Position numbers and translations under genes: made by a program
Notes under the pieces: model-generated
The model's input: only the letters and a program-made list of their open reading frames with translations
Told to the model about the DNA's origin: nothing
Database searches by the model: none
Assembly: GCF_008831285.2 (NCBI RefSeq)
Contig: NC_045138.2
Location: 38,998,001 to 39,062,000 of the forward strand
Reading direction: 5' to 3'
DNA from: Nymphaea colorata
Lineage: Eukaryota
DNA length: 64,000 nucleotides
Part shown: in pieces, positions 36,201 to 51,000 of the stretch
Position numbering within the stretch: position 1 is the first letter of the stretch
Layout of the letters: each line of letters opens with the position of its first letter

Positions 36201-38754
36201 CTTACCTTAAATAGATAAGCTGGATTTTACCTGCATGTGTTCATCTTGGAACTGACTTCAATATCTGCCAAAAACAGGTGGTTCAGACTTCCCAGAGAGA
36301 AAATGCATTGTATTGTATATTTTGTTGTATTTATTCCAATCCTATGGTTGGATTATCTAATCTTCACTAGAAATTTTAGATTGGTGATGGGGATGGGTAC
36401 TGTACTATTTTTGGCACCATTCGTTACTCTCTGGTTTATGGTTGTGAATTCTCTCCAAACAAGTATTGGCACTACAAAATTTTGTTATTTGACATCTCAC
36501 TTGGTGTCCTCTGGATTCATCATATCTGATGCCTCCAGATTTTGTTGTTCAAACTTTTAATGGTGTTTTCATCAACATTATAGACATGTAACGTTTGGTA
36601 GTCAGATCAAAGCATGGTACTTGCTAGGAATTGAAACCTTAGAACGTATTTTCTCCATTGAGAAGCTGATGAGTCGTGGCTAGTGTCCTCTTATTGTCTC
36701 TTTTCTCTTCCTTCAGTGTAGGATCCAATACTGATTTATATGGTAGGGATGTGGGAGATCCCTCTATTAGAAGCATGAGGCCATTAAATATCTCCAGTGA
36801 TGCCTTTGTCTTGTCAAGTTTTGCCTTTCCTATCTTCTGCAGGCTCAGGCTTTTTCTCATCATTTCTTTCTTTTCTTTTCCTTCTTTGTTATTATTTGCT
36901 TGTCTTCCCTCTTTGTTCTTCTTATGCTATCTCTTTTATATTCGTATCTTCCTCTCAATCTTTATACGTTCCTTTTACTTATTTTATCTATTTCTTTCTG
37001 TTATCTTTCTCCTATCTCTTCCATTTTACCTCCTCTCTATGCCTCTTTTTATTTAGTAAACTCCTAGTTCCAGCTTGTGAGAATTGCTGGCATCCACGTA
37101 GATGTCTCCACCCAATTTTCCATTTTTAGGTGATTGTTGAGGTTCCTTTACAGATGTAACAATTTTACTTCAGCTAACGTGGATTCAGTATTTCCCTGGC
37201 CCTACTGCTACAGACAAAACGTGAGATTAATACTTTATAGTTTATGCATTCTCATGCCGCTCCCTGGATGTTGCCTTAAATATGTCCTATTATTTTGATA
37301 ATGTTTTTCCTAAAATAACGAAGTGGTCTTTTTTTCCTTTTCTGAAAAAATGCCATAGACTCGAAACATGGAAGTAACATGCATAAGGTAATATGCACCC
37401 CTTGATTGATTTCACAAGAAGAACCAGAGGAAGGAAATTGATGAAACAATTCTTTCTTCAAATTCAATACATGATTGATCAACAAATGCTTAATACTGAC
37501 TAGTTGGGTTGTATTGAACTGTTAGAGCATCAAAGGTGCTAACTTAAGTGATGACATAATTTCTTTTATTTGCTTGGGGGGAGAATGTAGTTTATATTGC
37601 TTAAGTTTCATAGCAAATACATTGAATTATGAAATGTAGGATGACAAAGTGGTTTCCATTTTTTAAAAATTACAATCAAGAAACTGTGTCTGGGAACTTC
37701 AGCTGCAGTATTTGTGCATGCGGATGATTGTTGTCCAACTGTTAACATGAATCACACTGGAGTACTTGGAAGCCAGGACTGCATGCAGTATTGTCCTAGG
37801 GATGCTAGAAGAGCAAACTTTGTGTCTATAATTTAAGAGACTAGATCTTTGTTTTTCCTTGACTGAATCACTTTGAACTATGGCAGGAGCTACTTGATAT
37901 ACATGGATGTAATCTCCAAAAGCGAAGCCATTAGCATGCTTGATTTGCTATCTATATCTTAAAGTTGACTGACCCAATATATCTTAGACTACTTCTGGTT
38001 AATTTTGAAAATTAAAAAAAAAAAAAAAAACAGGCCCAGTTTTTGAAGGGATAACAAAATCATGCTCAGGTTTGAATATGTTACATTTAACCACCTGAAC
38101 TACATAAGAAGGAGGTGCTAAATGGAGAAAATTCAAACTTAATCTTGTTTCTGTTAATACAACCAAAAGTATAGGAAATTTTCGTAAGATTTTATTCATA
38201 AATTTTGTGCATTTGACCTTTTTCTATTTCAGAAAATGATTTCAACATTATATTAGGCATGTGAATGCCTCCTTATAGATAGTAATTGAACGTTGGTACA
38301 CACTCGAAGAGTTTGATCTTGCAGTTGATGATCAGATCAATGAAAACAAGCGCATCCCGCTGTATGATATCTTGGTGCAGAACCACCACATGTTTTCTAT
38401 TTCTTTCATTCTAGCGTGTGATTGTAAGATGGTTATCATTTTGATCAATTACCAACGATGTAAATATGCAACATGATCTGTTTCAAGGTAATTGGACGTG
38501 CTTGCGTAATTCAGTGCTTTGGAAAGGCAACGGATAAATTCCATGGCCTTTTTTTCCTTTTTCTGTTTAGATGGACATCACACCCCTCGCTTTTAATCTT
38601 TCCTTGATTTGTCTACTTGCCTTCTCAAAATTGTTTTGTTGTGGGCAGGTTTGACTCCTGCACGAGTTCTGAGGAGAGAGAAGTGAAGTTCAGACAAGCT
38701 ACTGTGAGAGCCTCCTTTGTGCAGGACTTGTTTCTCTCTACGCTGTTCGAGTGA
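33253..38754 (+). CDS. DI19: Drought-induced 19 (Di19) family zinc-finger protein; exons 33253-33337, 33429-33574, 33908-33982, 34206-34519, 38649-38754 (~241 aa if intron 3 is spliced)
   Basis: MEAADLWASRFAAAKRQY..., FPCPYCYEDYDIASLCSHLEDEH, VCPICLVKVPRDLLNHIMLQH, RRQRLRKVA...DLREAHL..LLGGGG and the C-terminal EEREVKFRQATVRASFVQDLFLSTLFE*. Introns 1, 2 and 4 are GT-AG and phase-compatible; intron 3 is non-canonical. Confidence 0.88.
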
Positions 38755-38957
38755 TTAGAGGGGACTGTTGTTATACGGGTTTGGTGGCCGAGCTTCCTTG
38801 TTTGCAGGTCAGTCTGAATCGCCACACTGTAATCATAGTGACTTACTGCTTGGATGCAGGGTCCTAAATGCATCACAAAATCCGTATTCTTCACTGAAGA
38901 TGCTCATCCCTTGCAGCAAATGTCATGGGAAGTATTTACTGTTGCTGCCTCCCTGAA

Positions 38958-39180
38958 TGGCAACAACTTGTATCCATGGTCTAACTATAACAATCTGTGA
39001 TTGACCACCTCCATGTTTTTCATGTCTCTTTTTTCAATACACTGGTTTTTTTATTCTTTCAGATAACCAGGCAACAGCTACTTGTATCCATGGTCCGACT
39101 ATAACAATCTATGATTCACCAACTCCATGTTTTTCTTTTCTCTTTCTTCAATACATCGGTTTTGTATTTTTTTCAGATAA
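38958..39180. repeat. Imperfect ~112-bp tandem duplication downstream of the Di19 stop codon
   Basis: ggcaaca...acttgtatccatggtc.actataacaatct.tgatt.acca.ctccatgttttt...ttcaataca...ttcagataa occurs twice. Confidence 0.85.
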
Positions 39181-41059
39181 CGCGGGAAACCGGGCCTCAT
39201 GTTGTGTTCATCTCATATAAACCCCCAACTCCCTCCTGCTCAAGATGGAGTACTCAGTTTTGGCCACATGGTGACACTAGAGAGTCGCCTTTATCAGACC
39301 ATGTGGGGAGCTTCTAATGGCCTTAGTTACTAGGCCGGTGTTCGCCCTCTCTCTCTAGCTGTGTTGAAAGTGCACCACCGTATGGATGGTGAGCTCCTTC
39401 TCGTTCGATCTCAAGCCCGACGGGCTGAGGCTATCTCTGAGTCATCTTCATCGCCATGGACATGTCTGGCTGGATCGATCGAGCACAATTCGTTGCTGGA
39501 CAACGAACCGCTTTGAGAATGACCATTGCTTCCTCCTTAGGGAAGTCTGCCCTTGACTGTGCATCAACAAGCTTTTAGACGGTTCCCCTCTTTCCTGAAG
39601 GTGATGGGGCAACCGTTTCACAACGTAACCAGTGCGAAGTTGGAGCGTGGGAGGATAGTTTATCTGCGAGTGACGTATATTCCCGATGAAGCGGTTAGCG
39701 GGTATTGCTGTGTCACGGGACGTGCCATCTTATTCGTGTCTTTAGCGACGCCCGAACACAAACATTGGGACGGTCTTGGTTCTTTAATGTTTTTAACAAA
39801 TTTACAATCTTTTTTGTTATTTCAATCTGTAAAAACGAGCCGGGTATGGTTTATTTCTACCATCCGAATTTAAAATATTGTTCAATTCGAATCCTATCCT
39901 AAAGGCGTTTTGAAACTTCCAGATTGTGGGCTGAAGAACTAGAGAGAGAGAAATTGGATTGGATGAATTCTGACCCCTAGACCTTGAGTAAATCTTTGCT
40001 TCTTCTTATTTGGCAAATTGGGATACAGAGAAATTTAACGGACATTCTTCTTTTGAAGCTGAGGCAACTAACTATGTTATGGTGCTGTTTTCTTCTTCAT
40101 CCAAAATAAGACACCAGTCCATGATCCGTTACTAGCTAAACCCAACATTACCTCCACCAGATTACTGCGAGGTCTGGGCTCCTTTGAACCTCCAACCCAA
40201 CTAATCTGCAGCTATGGATGTAACCGCCGATAAATGGTTCGGGAGTTCTGTCAACTGGCACCACCAAGTCTGATTGAATTGAGATTTTCATATACTTTGG
40301 TGTTTTTCTCACCCATTCCGCTGATTTGACCCACAGTTACCAATTAAAAGAAGAGAATATGGAAGCTTCAGCTTCTGTGATGTTATTCAGAGTTTCAAAA
40401 CCCATGAAATCTAAGTTCAAAAGGCGAGGGTGCCATTTTGAAGTTACACCAATTGATGAGATTCCTCTTTGTTGGCAAAATTGACACTCACTCTACTGTC
40501 CTTTATTCATCATTTTTCGCCAAAAAAATCTCACTGCTGATTGAACAAATGATGTCTAAATGTAAGTGTGAAGCCGGAGCGCGACGAGAGGAAGCTAAAT
40601 GAAAAGGAGGAAGATGGTTTCTTCCGGTAACTATGCTGAATCGGGTGAAGAGGAAGAAGGTTGCTTTCGGCAACTATGCTGCTGGTCACGCATGAAGCAC
40701 CTGCTTGTGAAAGCTGGTGAGGATGAATTAGGTGATGTACCAAAGCACGCTTTTCCCTGCTCGTTCTTTCTCCTTTGGCATCTCCAAGGCCAACGATTTC
40801 GAGGACGAACGGTGGAGATCGGTAAGCAGAAACGCAGACGTGCGTCGGCGTATCACGGAACGTTGAACATGGATGGTTCTCCACGGCCGCTAGAGCGGCA
40901 ACACGAAGATCGCATTGCAAACCGATCAGGCGAAAAGAGAAAGCCTCTCCTTTGATTTCCGATCATTGCTTGCGCATTTAAGCCTGTGAACGAGATCAGC
41001 GTTTGACTCCAGACGATTCGACAGAGCAACTCCAGGAATTAAGGAGCAGAGAAGCGGAG

Positions 41060-42360
41060 ATGGTGACGACGACGACGACCGCGAAGGCGGTGGTGCTTCT
41101 TGCCGTCCTCTGGCTGTGGCTGGCGGTGAGGGGCGGAGCGGCCCCGTCGTGCAGCAGCGTGTACAATAAGATAGTGCCCTGCGTGGGTTACATGACGGGG
41201 AAGGCGGACGACCCGAGCGATGGGTGTTGCAGTGGGGTGAAGGAACTGAAGGACATGGCTCGCAGCAACGATGACCTGCAGGCCATCTGCAAGTGCATCA
41301 GTAGCGCCGCCGCAGGCCTCGTCGGCTTCAAACGAGACCGTGCCGTTGCTCTGCCCGGCAAATGCGGCGTCCACGTCGACTTCCCGATCGGCCCCGACGT
41401 CGATTGCTCCAAGTAAGCCGTCGGTACCATTTTTTATCATAATGAAGTGATCTAACTATTGAAAAGTAACAAACGTAAAGCACGCAAAGGAGTACGTTTA
41501 AGTACCGTAATAGTTTCTATGTGTAATTTAATTTGAATCTCAGAATTCACATTGTTGATTCATTCATCAAGCTATGCTTAGCATGATCTGAACATATAAA
41601 TGTTTGTTTACTTGTTTCTTATAAAAAAAAATACAATTTTCAGCTTTAAGACTGCCTTAATAAAAAAAAAAAACTCCTTATAAGGACGATTCTTTAAATG
41701 AAAACTGTCAAATAAAAGTTTAAACTGAATCTTCTTTTATCTTAAAAAACAAAATAGTAAACTCCAGTCTTTTTTAATTTTATTTCTTGCCACACAAAAT
41801 TACATTCATCCTCTTCTAAGTATAAAACCAATAAAACCGAAGAAGGATAAGAATATGATTTAGTAAAAGACATTTCTGTTGTTCAGGTTAACGGCTGTCT
41901 ATTTCGTGTTCTTAGTAGACAATTTTAAGAGAAGTGACCATTTATTTATAAAACTACAAACTGCAGTCCCTTCTCAGATTTCTAGATAAACGACAGGTTT
42001 AAAAAAATCTCAAAAGAAAAAAAAAAAGCCAAGTCCGTTCAAATTTAGTTTTATGAGTTAATCCATACTCAAAAGTTTTAGATTTTTATTTGAGGATGTT
42101 TGGCAACAGAAATGCCAACATAGTGCTCCTTTAATCTTAGTTTTCTGAGTTAATTCATGCTCAAAAGTTCTTTAATTTGCACTTGCACACACAATCGCAA
42201 GCAGAAGACGGTGCAATCATAAAAAGAACAAAAGGAAAACAAACAATCCTGAAAGTAGGGAACAAGAAAAGCCGGATTCAGATCGTGCGATATCCGAATT
42301 CCACACCGTTCTGATAACGTCGGTTGTTTCCCTTTGCTTGATTGCTTGAGCAGGATATAA
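41060..42360 (+). CDS. Type-1 non-specific lipid transfer protein; exon 1 41060-41412, probable exon 2 42354-42360
   Basis: Signal peptide followed by the 8-Cys pattern C-x9-C...CC...CxC...C-x13-C. The donor AA|gtaagc lies 5 nt after the last Cys codon, typical of type-1 LTPs. The best acceptor, gagcag|GATATAA, gives ...DCSKI* and is followed by AATAAA signals; the exon 2 position is less certain. Confidence 0.9.
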
Positions 42361-45300
42361 TCAGGGATGAAGAAGAGTGTGAAGGTTCGCTGCTTCTATG
42401 TGGTTGGCATAAATAAACTTCTGGAATTCGACTGTGTTGTATCACGGACACAATGAATGAATGAATCGACAAATAAATTTCCTCGGGAAATCTTTTTCTT
42501 CAATGTGTTTGTTTTCTCTGTGCAGATATTCTTAGAAGTTAGAACTCAAATGTGGCATGGCTATTTCATAGGTAACGCAAACAAAAAAATTGCACTTACA
42601 TTTAATTCAATATTCGGGTGAGCAGAAGGTTAACAATCTCCTACCGAAAAAAGAGAGACAAAAAAAGAGAGACCCAAAGATGCCCCATTCATCTGCCTTC
42701 AAAGTTCCGAGTTGTGTCGGGACTTGGGTGGGGTACAATATACTGTCAACTAGTCTTACCAACTATGTTACGCCCCTTAAGGAGCAATTAATTCAACATC
42801 ATTTGCCAAAGTCGAAGAAGGAATTACAGTTATAATGTTTCCGATCTAAATCACTTTCAACTAGTAGTATAGATCCATTCATGTCTATATTAAAACTAGT
42901 GTCTGACCATAGCTTTCGGCATCTGGTGGCCAACTGGAAGAATTTGGTTTGAAGGTTTTGTCGTTTTGATCTATGCCACCTATTTTATCAATCCTGATTG
43001 GCGTACAAAGTCTAGTATCCAAAGAAGTTTAATCAATTGTCTACTAGCCGCAATGCGATTGGCCCAATTGATTGGGTCAGCCGCTGGTAAGAGGCCAGTT
43101 GTTGGTTTGATTCTTGTGAGCATCGTGTGCATGTGCATGTAAGTCGAAGCAGGCATAAGCCCTAGGGATGGAAGGACTAGCTTTGGGCTTTTACGGTGTT
43201 GGGCAAGCGACAAAATCTTGATTAGAACATCTCTCTCTCTCTCTCTCTCTCTCTCATGATGCAATCACATTGCTTGGAAAAACTGGATAGAGATGGACAA
43301 ACATCCTCCTTACCCAAAGATTGATAGATCATAAAAAAATAGAAACATGGAAAATCAATCAAAAAATGAATTTCCTTCAACTATACACCCTTTATTCGAA
43401 CATGATGAATGCCTGGATTATGTTTTGTGGTCACTGCATTTGATGGTTTGGAATTTGATTCAAGAATGAAAATTCCAGAATCATAGTTTCTCCTCAAATT
43501 GGAATGAAATCAGAATTCCAAGTTTTAGTTTCACTCATTCAAACACTAGTAGTGAAAGAGATGGGTTCAAGTTGGCAGCACCCCTCTTGATTCTGTGGTT
43601 CTGCCTTCTCCATATTAATTTTTTTTTTCACTGTGCTTTTGTGATGTTGGAGAAGCCAAAACTCCCTTAGGGTTTAGGTTTTCATTGAAAATTGAATGCA
43701 AGAACAATGCACCTTTAGTTTAATAATATCATGCCCCCCGCCACACAACTTAAACAAATTGTGACCACGAGAATCAAACTGACGACTGGAACACCCATAA
43801 ATGCCGCTTAAATTAATAACCAGCTACTTACCAACCACTTGCCCAAGCCAGTGCATCAACACCCGTCGGGCTCAGATCTTTATTTTGAAAGCAAGCTTCC
43901 GTCGGCGAGATTCGGAGTTTCTCGCCAGTAAAATAAAAACATGAATGCATGGATCTTGAATTCAACAGTTCTTTTTGCAGTTTCTCGATTCATCTTCTTC
44001 TTGTTAACGGTTGTTGTTATGCTTCAGTCTGCAGCCTCACATTCACAGAACCTTATATTTCAGGTTCATACTGAGCTGGTTAGTGGAAAAAGTACACGAA
44101 CTAGTTTACATACTAAATGACATAGATGTATTTTTCATATCCAAAACCTAACAAAATGATAGAAAGATCTTTTTCTTATGTTCAATTACAAATTCATAAG
44201 TTGAAAAATGTAGACCATGAATTTGCGAGCATTAGAGATATCAACATGATCTTTTTTATGTAGATTGTTGACTTCTCTAGCACATACATTACATCCATAT
44301 CCATCCACTGTTATTAAATTAAATGTGCACTCATCAATTTGGTATCTTATGGGTGAATAATAATTTTGGTTGGGGTGAATACTCTTTCTTGGATAAAGCG
44401 GATTAATGAACTTGATTGGCTGAAAGGTCGGGTTGGCATTGTGACAGGCAAGGATAGAGCCAAGGTAGGGTCTGCAAGGGCCTTAGCCCCACCTCAAAAA
44501 AAAAAAAAGTTAAAAATTTACCTGTAAATTTAAAAAAATCACTTGTCCTATATAAAATTTTGAAAAACGATATTTCGGCCTATGTCAAAATTTAAAAACT
44601 GTAATTCAGCCCCTTTTATGAAAAATTTTGGCTCCGCCTCTAGTAGCAGGGCCCAGACTGTGGAAGAAGTGCATTAACTCGGTGATGGGTAATATCCAGA
44701 GCTTGAAGGATAACAGAGTATCTTTCTCTCTTTTCTTTCTTTCTCTCAAATTCCGCTCTCTCCCTTTCACAGCATCAATTAGCACTGTAGTGTCGACTTA
44801 CATGAAGATTAATTTTATATTCCTTTGTCATGCATGCTATGAAAATCTGTTCTACTGACGTCAAATCGGTTGATTGAATAAAACTAGTTTAACTAAAATG
44901 CAGTGTAAATAAGACCAGTTTCAATTGATATTATAACCCATCTGTGATTATTCCATGGTGAAGCTAACAGCTGAATATTTTATCTTGCACTATCTAGATA
45001 CAATTATACAGGTGGACAACTGTAATTATATATATATATTTCTGTTAAAATTTTGAAACTATAATTGGATCCTTACAACCAAACATTCCTAACTGTTAGT
45101 AGCAGCCGGTTTCCTCGTGATTTGATGGCTACCCACAGATCCAAAACTCCGGGAGCGTGATTCATTGAAATTGATGGGCGGGGACCTTCGGTTGTTCTAC
45201 GACGACACGCAACTCGCAGTTCCAAACTTCAACCACAAAAATGTAGGTACAAGTATGCGACAATCAGTGCAATTGCTGATGTGCCAAATTAAATTTTCAG

Positions 45301-45421
45301 AAAGAATTTAATGCCCAAAGAGAAGTCCCTGTTAGAGTTGAAAATGGAACACTGTGCACCATGTGATCTGCATGGTAGACCAAGACGCTTAAATTTTGAT
45401 AATTTTGCGGAAAACTGTTTA

Positions 45422-45696
45422 GGATTTGTTTGGGTGACACTTTCAAACTTAATTTTGCCTTCAAAACCAGGTTTTTGGACTATTTGGATGACATCAAAAC
45501 TGGATTTGAGGAAAACTCAGTTTTGACAAAACCCGATTTTGTAAAAGGAATTGAAAAGTCTGTCCCTTTTAAATTGTTTAAAAACTAGGTTTTCAATGTG
45601 TCACGCAACAAAAAAAAAAAAAAAATTGTTTCTAAAACTCATTAAAAAACTTGGGCTTCATAAAACCTAGTTTTTACAAATGCATCCAAGTGCCCC
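45422..45696. mobile_element. PIF/Harbinger (Tourist-like) MITE
   Basis: Ends TGTTTGGGTGACA... and ...CATCCAAGTGCCCC with TTA on both flanks; termini shared with the 5689-8202 element. Confidence 0.65.
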
Positions 45697-46181
45697 TTTA
45701 AATTTTTTGTGTATTTGCACATAATCGTGCAACATTTGGAACAAATATAAGTACCTGTTTAGGTAATTAGTTCACAAATGCATACGTAGTTTATCAGTGA
45801 AAACATTAGAATATAATTAAAACATTGTTTTACTCTTTAACCCCCAAAAAAAAACTGCTTTTGAATAATTTACAGAATCTACAATTTTTTTCTTGGTCTC
45901 TTCACAACTTTGTCTTTTCTCTTTTAAGTTAAAAAAAAAAAACGTCACTTTTCTTTTAGCTCTTGGAAACGCCTGCAAGACCAACGGCGTAGAAATTAGA
46001 ATCATTTCGAGAAAGATCAAGAGTCACCGTTTTCTTAAAGCTAAAGCAAAAGACCCATGTGAATGCTTGGGGAAAATTTTCGTCCTTTTCCCTCAAACGT
46101 CAAGCCAAAAACGTTACGTGCCTATGAAAAACCAAAGCAACCCTCTCATGCAAGTCGTCATCATAAAGAAATGTCAATTTG

Positions 46182-46287
<106 letters not shown>

Positions 46288-48019
46288 TGAAATATGACTT
46301 CATGACTCATCTAAAACGATAAGTGAATTCGAAGTTCAAGTTTTATTTTTTTCTCAATGGGAATAACATATAATATGAATATTTGCACATATATTTGATA
46401 AAGCTAATGTATACATAAAAAGAAAAAGAGAGGGTAATCGAAGAATATATTTCGAGTGATGGGTTCGAGGACAATAAGTAACTCGCAATGTTCTTTTTTT
46501 CAATTTCCCTCTGGGAAAGAGAGAGAGAGATTTTAAAGAAGAAAGGAACAAAGGGTCGGAAGCGAACTTAACGAGGCGTTCATGCAGAGTTGTGGAAATG
46601 ATTTGGTTGGATGTTCTCAATAAGAAAACCTCAGCATTAAAACAACGTCGAGAAAATTGTGACATCTAAAGTTAAAAAAAGATCAACTCACTTTCAGTAT
46701 TTAATGTGTAGTAAATTACTAGCGCACCTTGCTATAATTAATTGTATTTATATATTATATTATATTTAAAAAAATTATAATCGAGTCAAATCAAGCCTTC
46801 GGGTCACCTACGAGTCAACCCAAACCCGACTTATTAATTAGCTAGGTCACAGACTATGAGCCAATCCAAACTGACTCATTAATCAGTTAGGTAGAGCAAA
46901 TTGTCTCAATAGCTAACACGTGAGCCCTCTTATGGGCTATAAAGGAGGATTAAAAAAAAATCATTTAAAAGATGAAAATACCCCAACACTGTGGTGCCCA
47001 GATGAAAAATCATTTAAGCCTGGACATCCGGTTGACCCAACACTTGAAACCTGGGCCCAGGCTTGGCCCAACAATTAAAGCTCGAGTCTCAGCACAGCTC
47101 GATTAAATAAAAAAATATAAATATAATTAATTGTTAGAAAATATTATATAAAAATTAATATATCAGGCCGATCTGGACCAGCTCGATAAATTATCAGGCC
47201 AACTCGTGCTCTTTCATGCCCTAGTCTAGCGATGACCTGGACGGATATTACCAGCCGATTGCAAAAAAGTTCTCCAAATACATAAATTTTCTTTTATTTG
47301 GCGTGTGAACACATTTGCCAATTAAATTCATAGATGAGGGGTTAGCTTGAGCTATTAATTTTGAAAAATGGCATCTCCACATGATACTTAGCAATCAAGA
47401 TACAAGTTTGTTTGTCTTTTTCACAGGAAACTAATTCTACAAAGTTGGGGTTTCCTGTAAAAAACTGCAAATCAACATAAGATCATGCTTTCCATTGTTT
47501 AGTCAAATGTAGCAAAGGAATCTAGATCCAATTGCCTATCGGATTTGAAATCAATAGGATTTGATCTAAATCTAATATCTGACTGGAATTGGATAGAAAC
47601 GCGACTGACTTAAATGTCAGATTTGATGCTCGTCAGGATTCAAGTTTAATTTCATTGTAATAAAGTTTGATTTTGGGTTCAAACTCAAGTTTAATCACAG
47701 TGACCCGTTGATCAAGTCGAAGTCGGTAAAATTGGATTTGGACTTTGAAGAGGAGCTACCGATTGCGAAGCGTGAGAGGAGGAGGATAAGGAGAGGCGAA
47801 TATACGAGGCAGCAAATTTCCCTGGACGGAGTCGTTTAGGAGCAGAGATGGGGTCGGATCGGACTGTCGCTCTCTCTCATGAATATCATAATCTGCAAAT
47901 TTTAATTATATACGAGAGTGGTGGTCTTCTCGTTTCTGGACGAGCTTCCCTTTGCCAACGTCAGCTCCTATTTGTTTGGATTCCTGAGTCTTTGCTGTGG
48001 GTCGGAGAGTGAGGGAGAG

Positions 48020-51000
48020 ATGGGGAGTGAGGGAGAGATGGGGAGTGAGATGAAGTTCTTGGTGAAGGTGGAGGAGGGGAAGGCGGGCGATGGAGAGAGG
48101 CCATCTGTGGGACCTGTCTACAGGAGCGCCTTTGCCAAGGATGGATTCCCCGAGCCGGTGCCGGGACTCGAGAGCTGCTGGGATGTCTTCCGGTACTTCC
48201 TTGTCGCTTTTCTCTCTGTTTCTGGTTTTCTTTTCTCCTTTTGTTTTCCACGGATGGTGGCATCTCGTGTTTTCTGCCGGTTTTGTTGGTTCAAGAGGCG
48301 TCCTTGTTCTTTTTTTGGGTTGCCATGAAATGGGTTTCATTTTCTTTTGGTTTATCTTCTGTTTGGTTTCAATGTTTCCATTTATGGGAGATGGTGGGGG
48401 GAAGTCGCGTGACCTCCACAGGCATAATTGATCCTTCGATATTCGTGTTTAATGTCTTATTGATCTGTGATTGTGAGATGGGGCCCATAGTGTTTTAGCA
48501 AAGGACATGCGTAGATGCGCTACTGTCTCTCTCCCTTGGTTGGCGTACCCGGGATTTTGGAGGAATACGTGATGCTTGCACGGACAGGAGAGCCTGTTGA
48601 CTAGAGCCATAAATTGACTGTATTTCCCTTTTGGTATACCGAAAAAATGATACTAGAATTTCACGATGAAAGATTCTTTAGATCAGGATCTCGCTCCTGG
48701 CTGATCAAAAACCATATTTCTTTGTTCTTGATCAAGTAAAACCATTGACTTTGATGCTCTGCTGGAGATTTGCAACAATAAGTTGTCAATTCTGCACATG
48801 CATGCGGCTTTTCTGTTGAAATATCCGTTTACATGTGAGAGTTGATCCGTATGCCAGAAAGGAGATGAAGTTCGGTGGATGTATTTTGGGGTAGTTAGAC
48901 GTGTGAAGTTGATGACCAGGTTGACAACATTGTGGCAGTCTAACTGCAGATATCTTCCGAATCTAATCTGGTTTTACGTAGCAGATTTTCACTGTATCCC
49001 ATCATCAGGGTTGAGCTTGGACAGTCAGATTTACGATCTAGACATTAGGATGGATTTCTATACGGCATTTAACCTGCATGTCTAGTTTAGAGTTCGAAGA
49101 ATAATTGTCACTGGTTTCAGCCTTTTCTTCTATGGGACTTGATATTTTAGATCTTCTGTAGAACAATTATTTTTCAGTGAATTTCTAGTTCTAGGTTGCT
49201 GGATTTTTTCTTATTTAAGAATCTCAGTCCAGCTTAGCCACTTGAGGAACGAGTTATTTCTCAAAATGTCTTACTGGATAGAAGTGATAAACATGTCTTC
49301 TAAGAAAATATATCTCAAGAATAAAGTTTTCCCTCCATGTAAATTCCAGTCAAGTTGATGATGCACTGGTTGGGTCTAATGTCATCCAAAATAAATGGAA
49401 ACTGGTTGAGTTCATTACTGCAATGAACTCATTTGATCGTTTCTAAATCATCAGTTCTTTACCAGATCAAGAAAAGATTTTGATAGATAAATATTTTAAG
49501 TCAATGCAAACTTGTGACATAACATTGAGAAGAATATAAACATGTAAAAGAACTCAGTGTAAGAACAATTTCAATCCATAAATATGTCAGTGAACCACAT
49601 GCAGGTGATGGTGTAATTCACATATGTAGTTCCATAAAATACATGATGACATGTCATATGTATCATGGGAATGTAAATTTTGTATTCATATCTTTTGAAA
49701 TCACAAAGGGAAGAACATTTAAAAGAACATATTTTATGAAGAAAATGATACTTCCTCTTAGACTTTAGTTGGGATTCAGCTGACGGCTTTCTGTACATTA
49801 TTGTGCAACGTAATTCAATATCATCAAAAGGAGAATGTCTGGGCGCCAATCTTTTGGAACTCAAAAGTCATAATAGCACTTCAAATTCATTTTACTTGGA
49901 AAATGAAAATAAATTTCCATACAAAACCCATGAAAACACTACTCTTAGTTATATATGATAGCTTCTTTGTTTTATATAATGACATATGTATAGTTTGTTA
50001 CAAGACATATAAATTGTATGCAGGCCTTCTCTTGGGTTGCAAAATACTTCTGTTCTTTTGGGGTTTGGATGTAGCTGCAGTTGCATGAGCAGTCCAGGAG
50101 ATGGTTCAGAAAACAAAACTAGTCATTACATACTCCAGTAATATATGTTGTTAAAAAAACGTAGGTTTACTTACTTGCATTAGCTTGTTTCCCTACTTTT
50201 GTGATTAAACACATGTTACTTTCTTTTTTTCTGTTTTGCTTTTCTGAAATTTTTTTCCCCTTTAATTATTGTTTTTGCTGGTCTTAAACAAATAGTAAGT
50301 ATTTACTAAGAGCTTGAATCAATTTTCTTCATGTTAGCTATTCCATGTATTATATCATGGAATTTGACTGGAGAACTGATGTTTACTTAAACTGATTGTC
50401 CTATTAAAGCTTACATGCATGCACTAAGTATATGCCTTTGAACATTACAGTATTTCTGTACAAAGAAATCCACAAAACCCAATGCTAGGAAGGCGAGAAA
50501 TTCTGGATGGAAAGGTGCTTTGCCTGATTATTGCCCCTTTTGTAACTTCTTTGTAAATGATGTGTCATCTTACTACCAATTTTATTCCAGCCAGGTAAAT
50601 ATGTGTGGATGACATACCAAGAGGTCTATGACATTGCTATGAAAGTTGGACTTTCTATCAGAAGTTGTGGTGTTGAGCCGGTAATCATGTCTTAACACAT
50701 CACTGTTTATGCTTTTTTTTTTTTTCCTTCTTTTGAACTTCATTTGAATATGGATGCATCTTGCGTCATATGAAAAGATGGACTTTATTTCGGTTACATA
50801 ATAAGTTTTCCTCCAAATATTCTGCTATAGATGTTCCATGTTTTTGAGAAGAGAAGTAACATGGGCCTGCAGAGTTGGAGCAGTTAAGCTTATTGGTGTT
50901 AGCATTTTGCCAAGTTTTGAAATAAACCCACCCACAGCGTTCGAAAGAGGATTGCTGGTAACCTAGGCAGCATAAATCTTGTTTTTGAAGGGTTCTGAAC

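Noticed and set aside
36676..37129. Hydrophobic F/L/S-rich ORFs in Di19 intron 4
   Set aside because: Translation of a pyrimidine-rich low-complexity intronic tract.
40599..40955. 118-aa ORF upstream of the nsLTP
   Set aside because: No recognisable domain or exon structure; it lies in the probable LTP promoter region.
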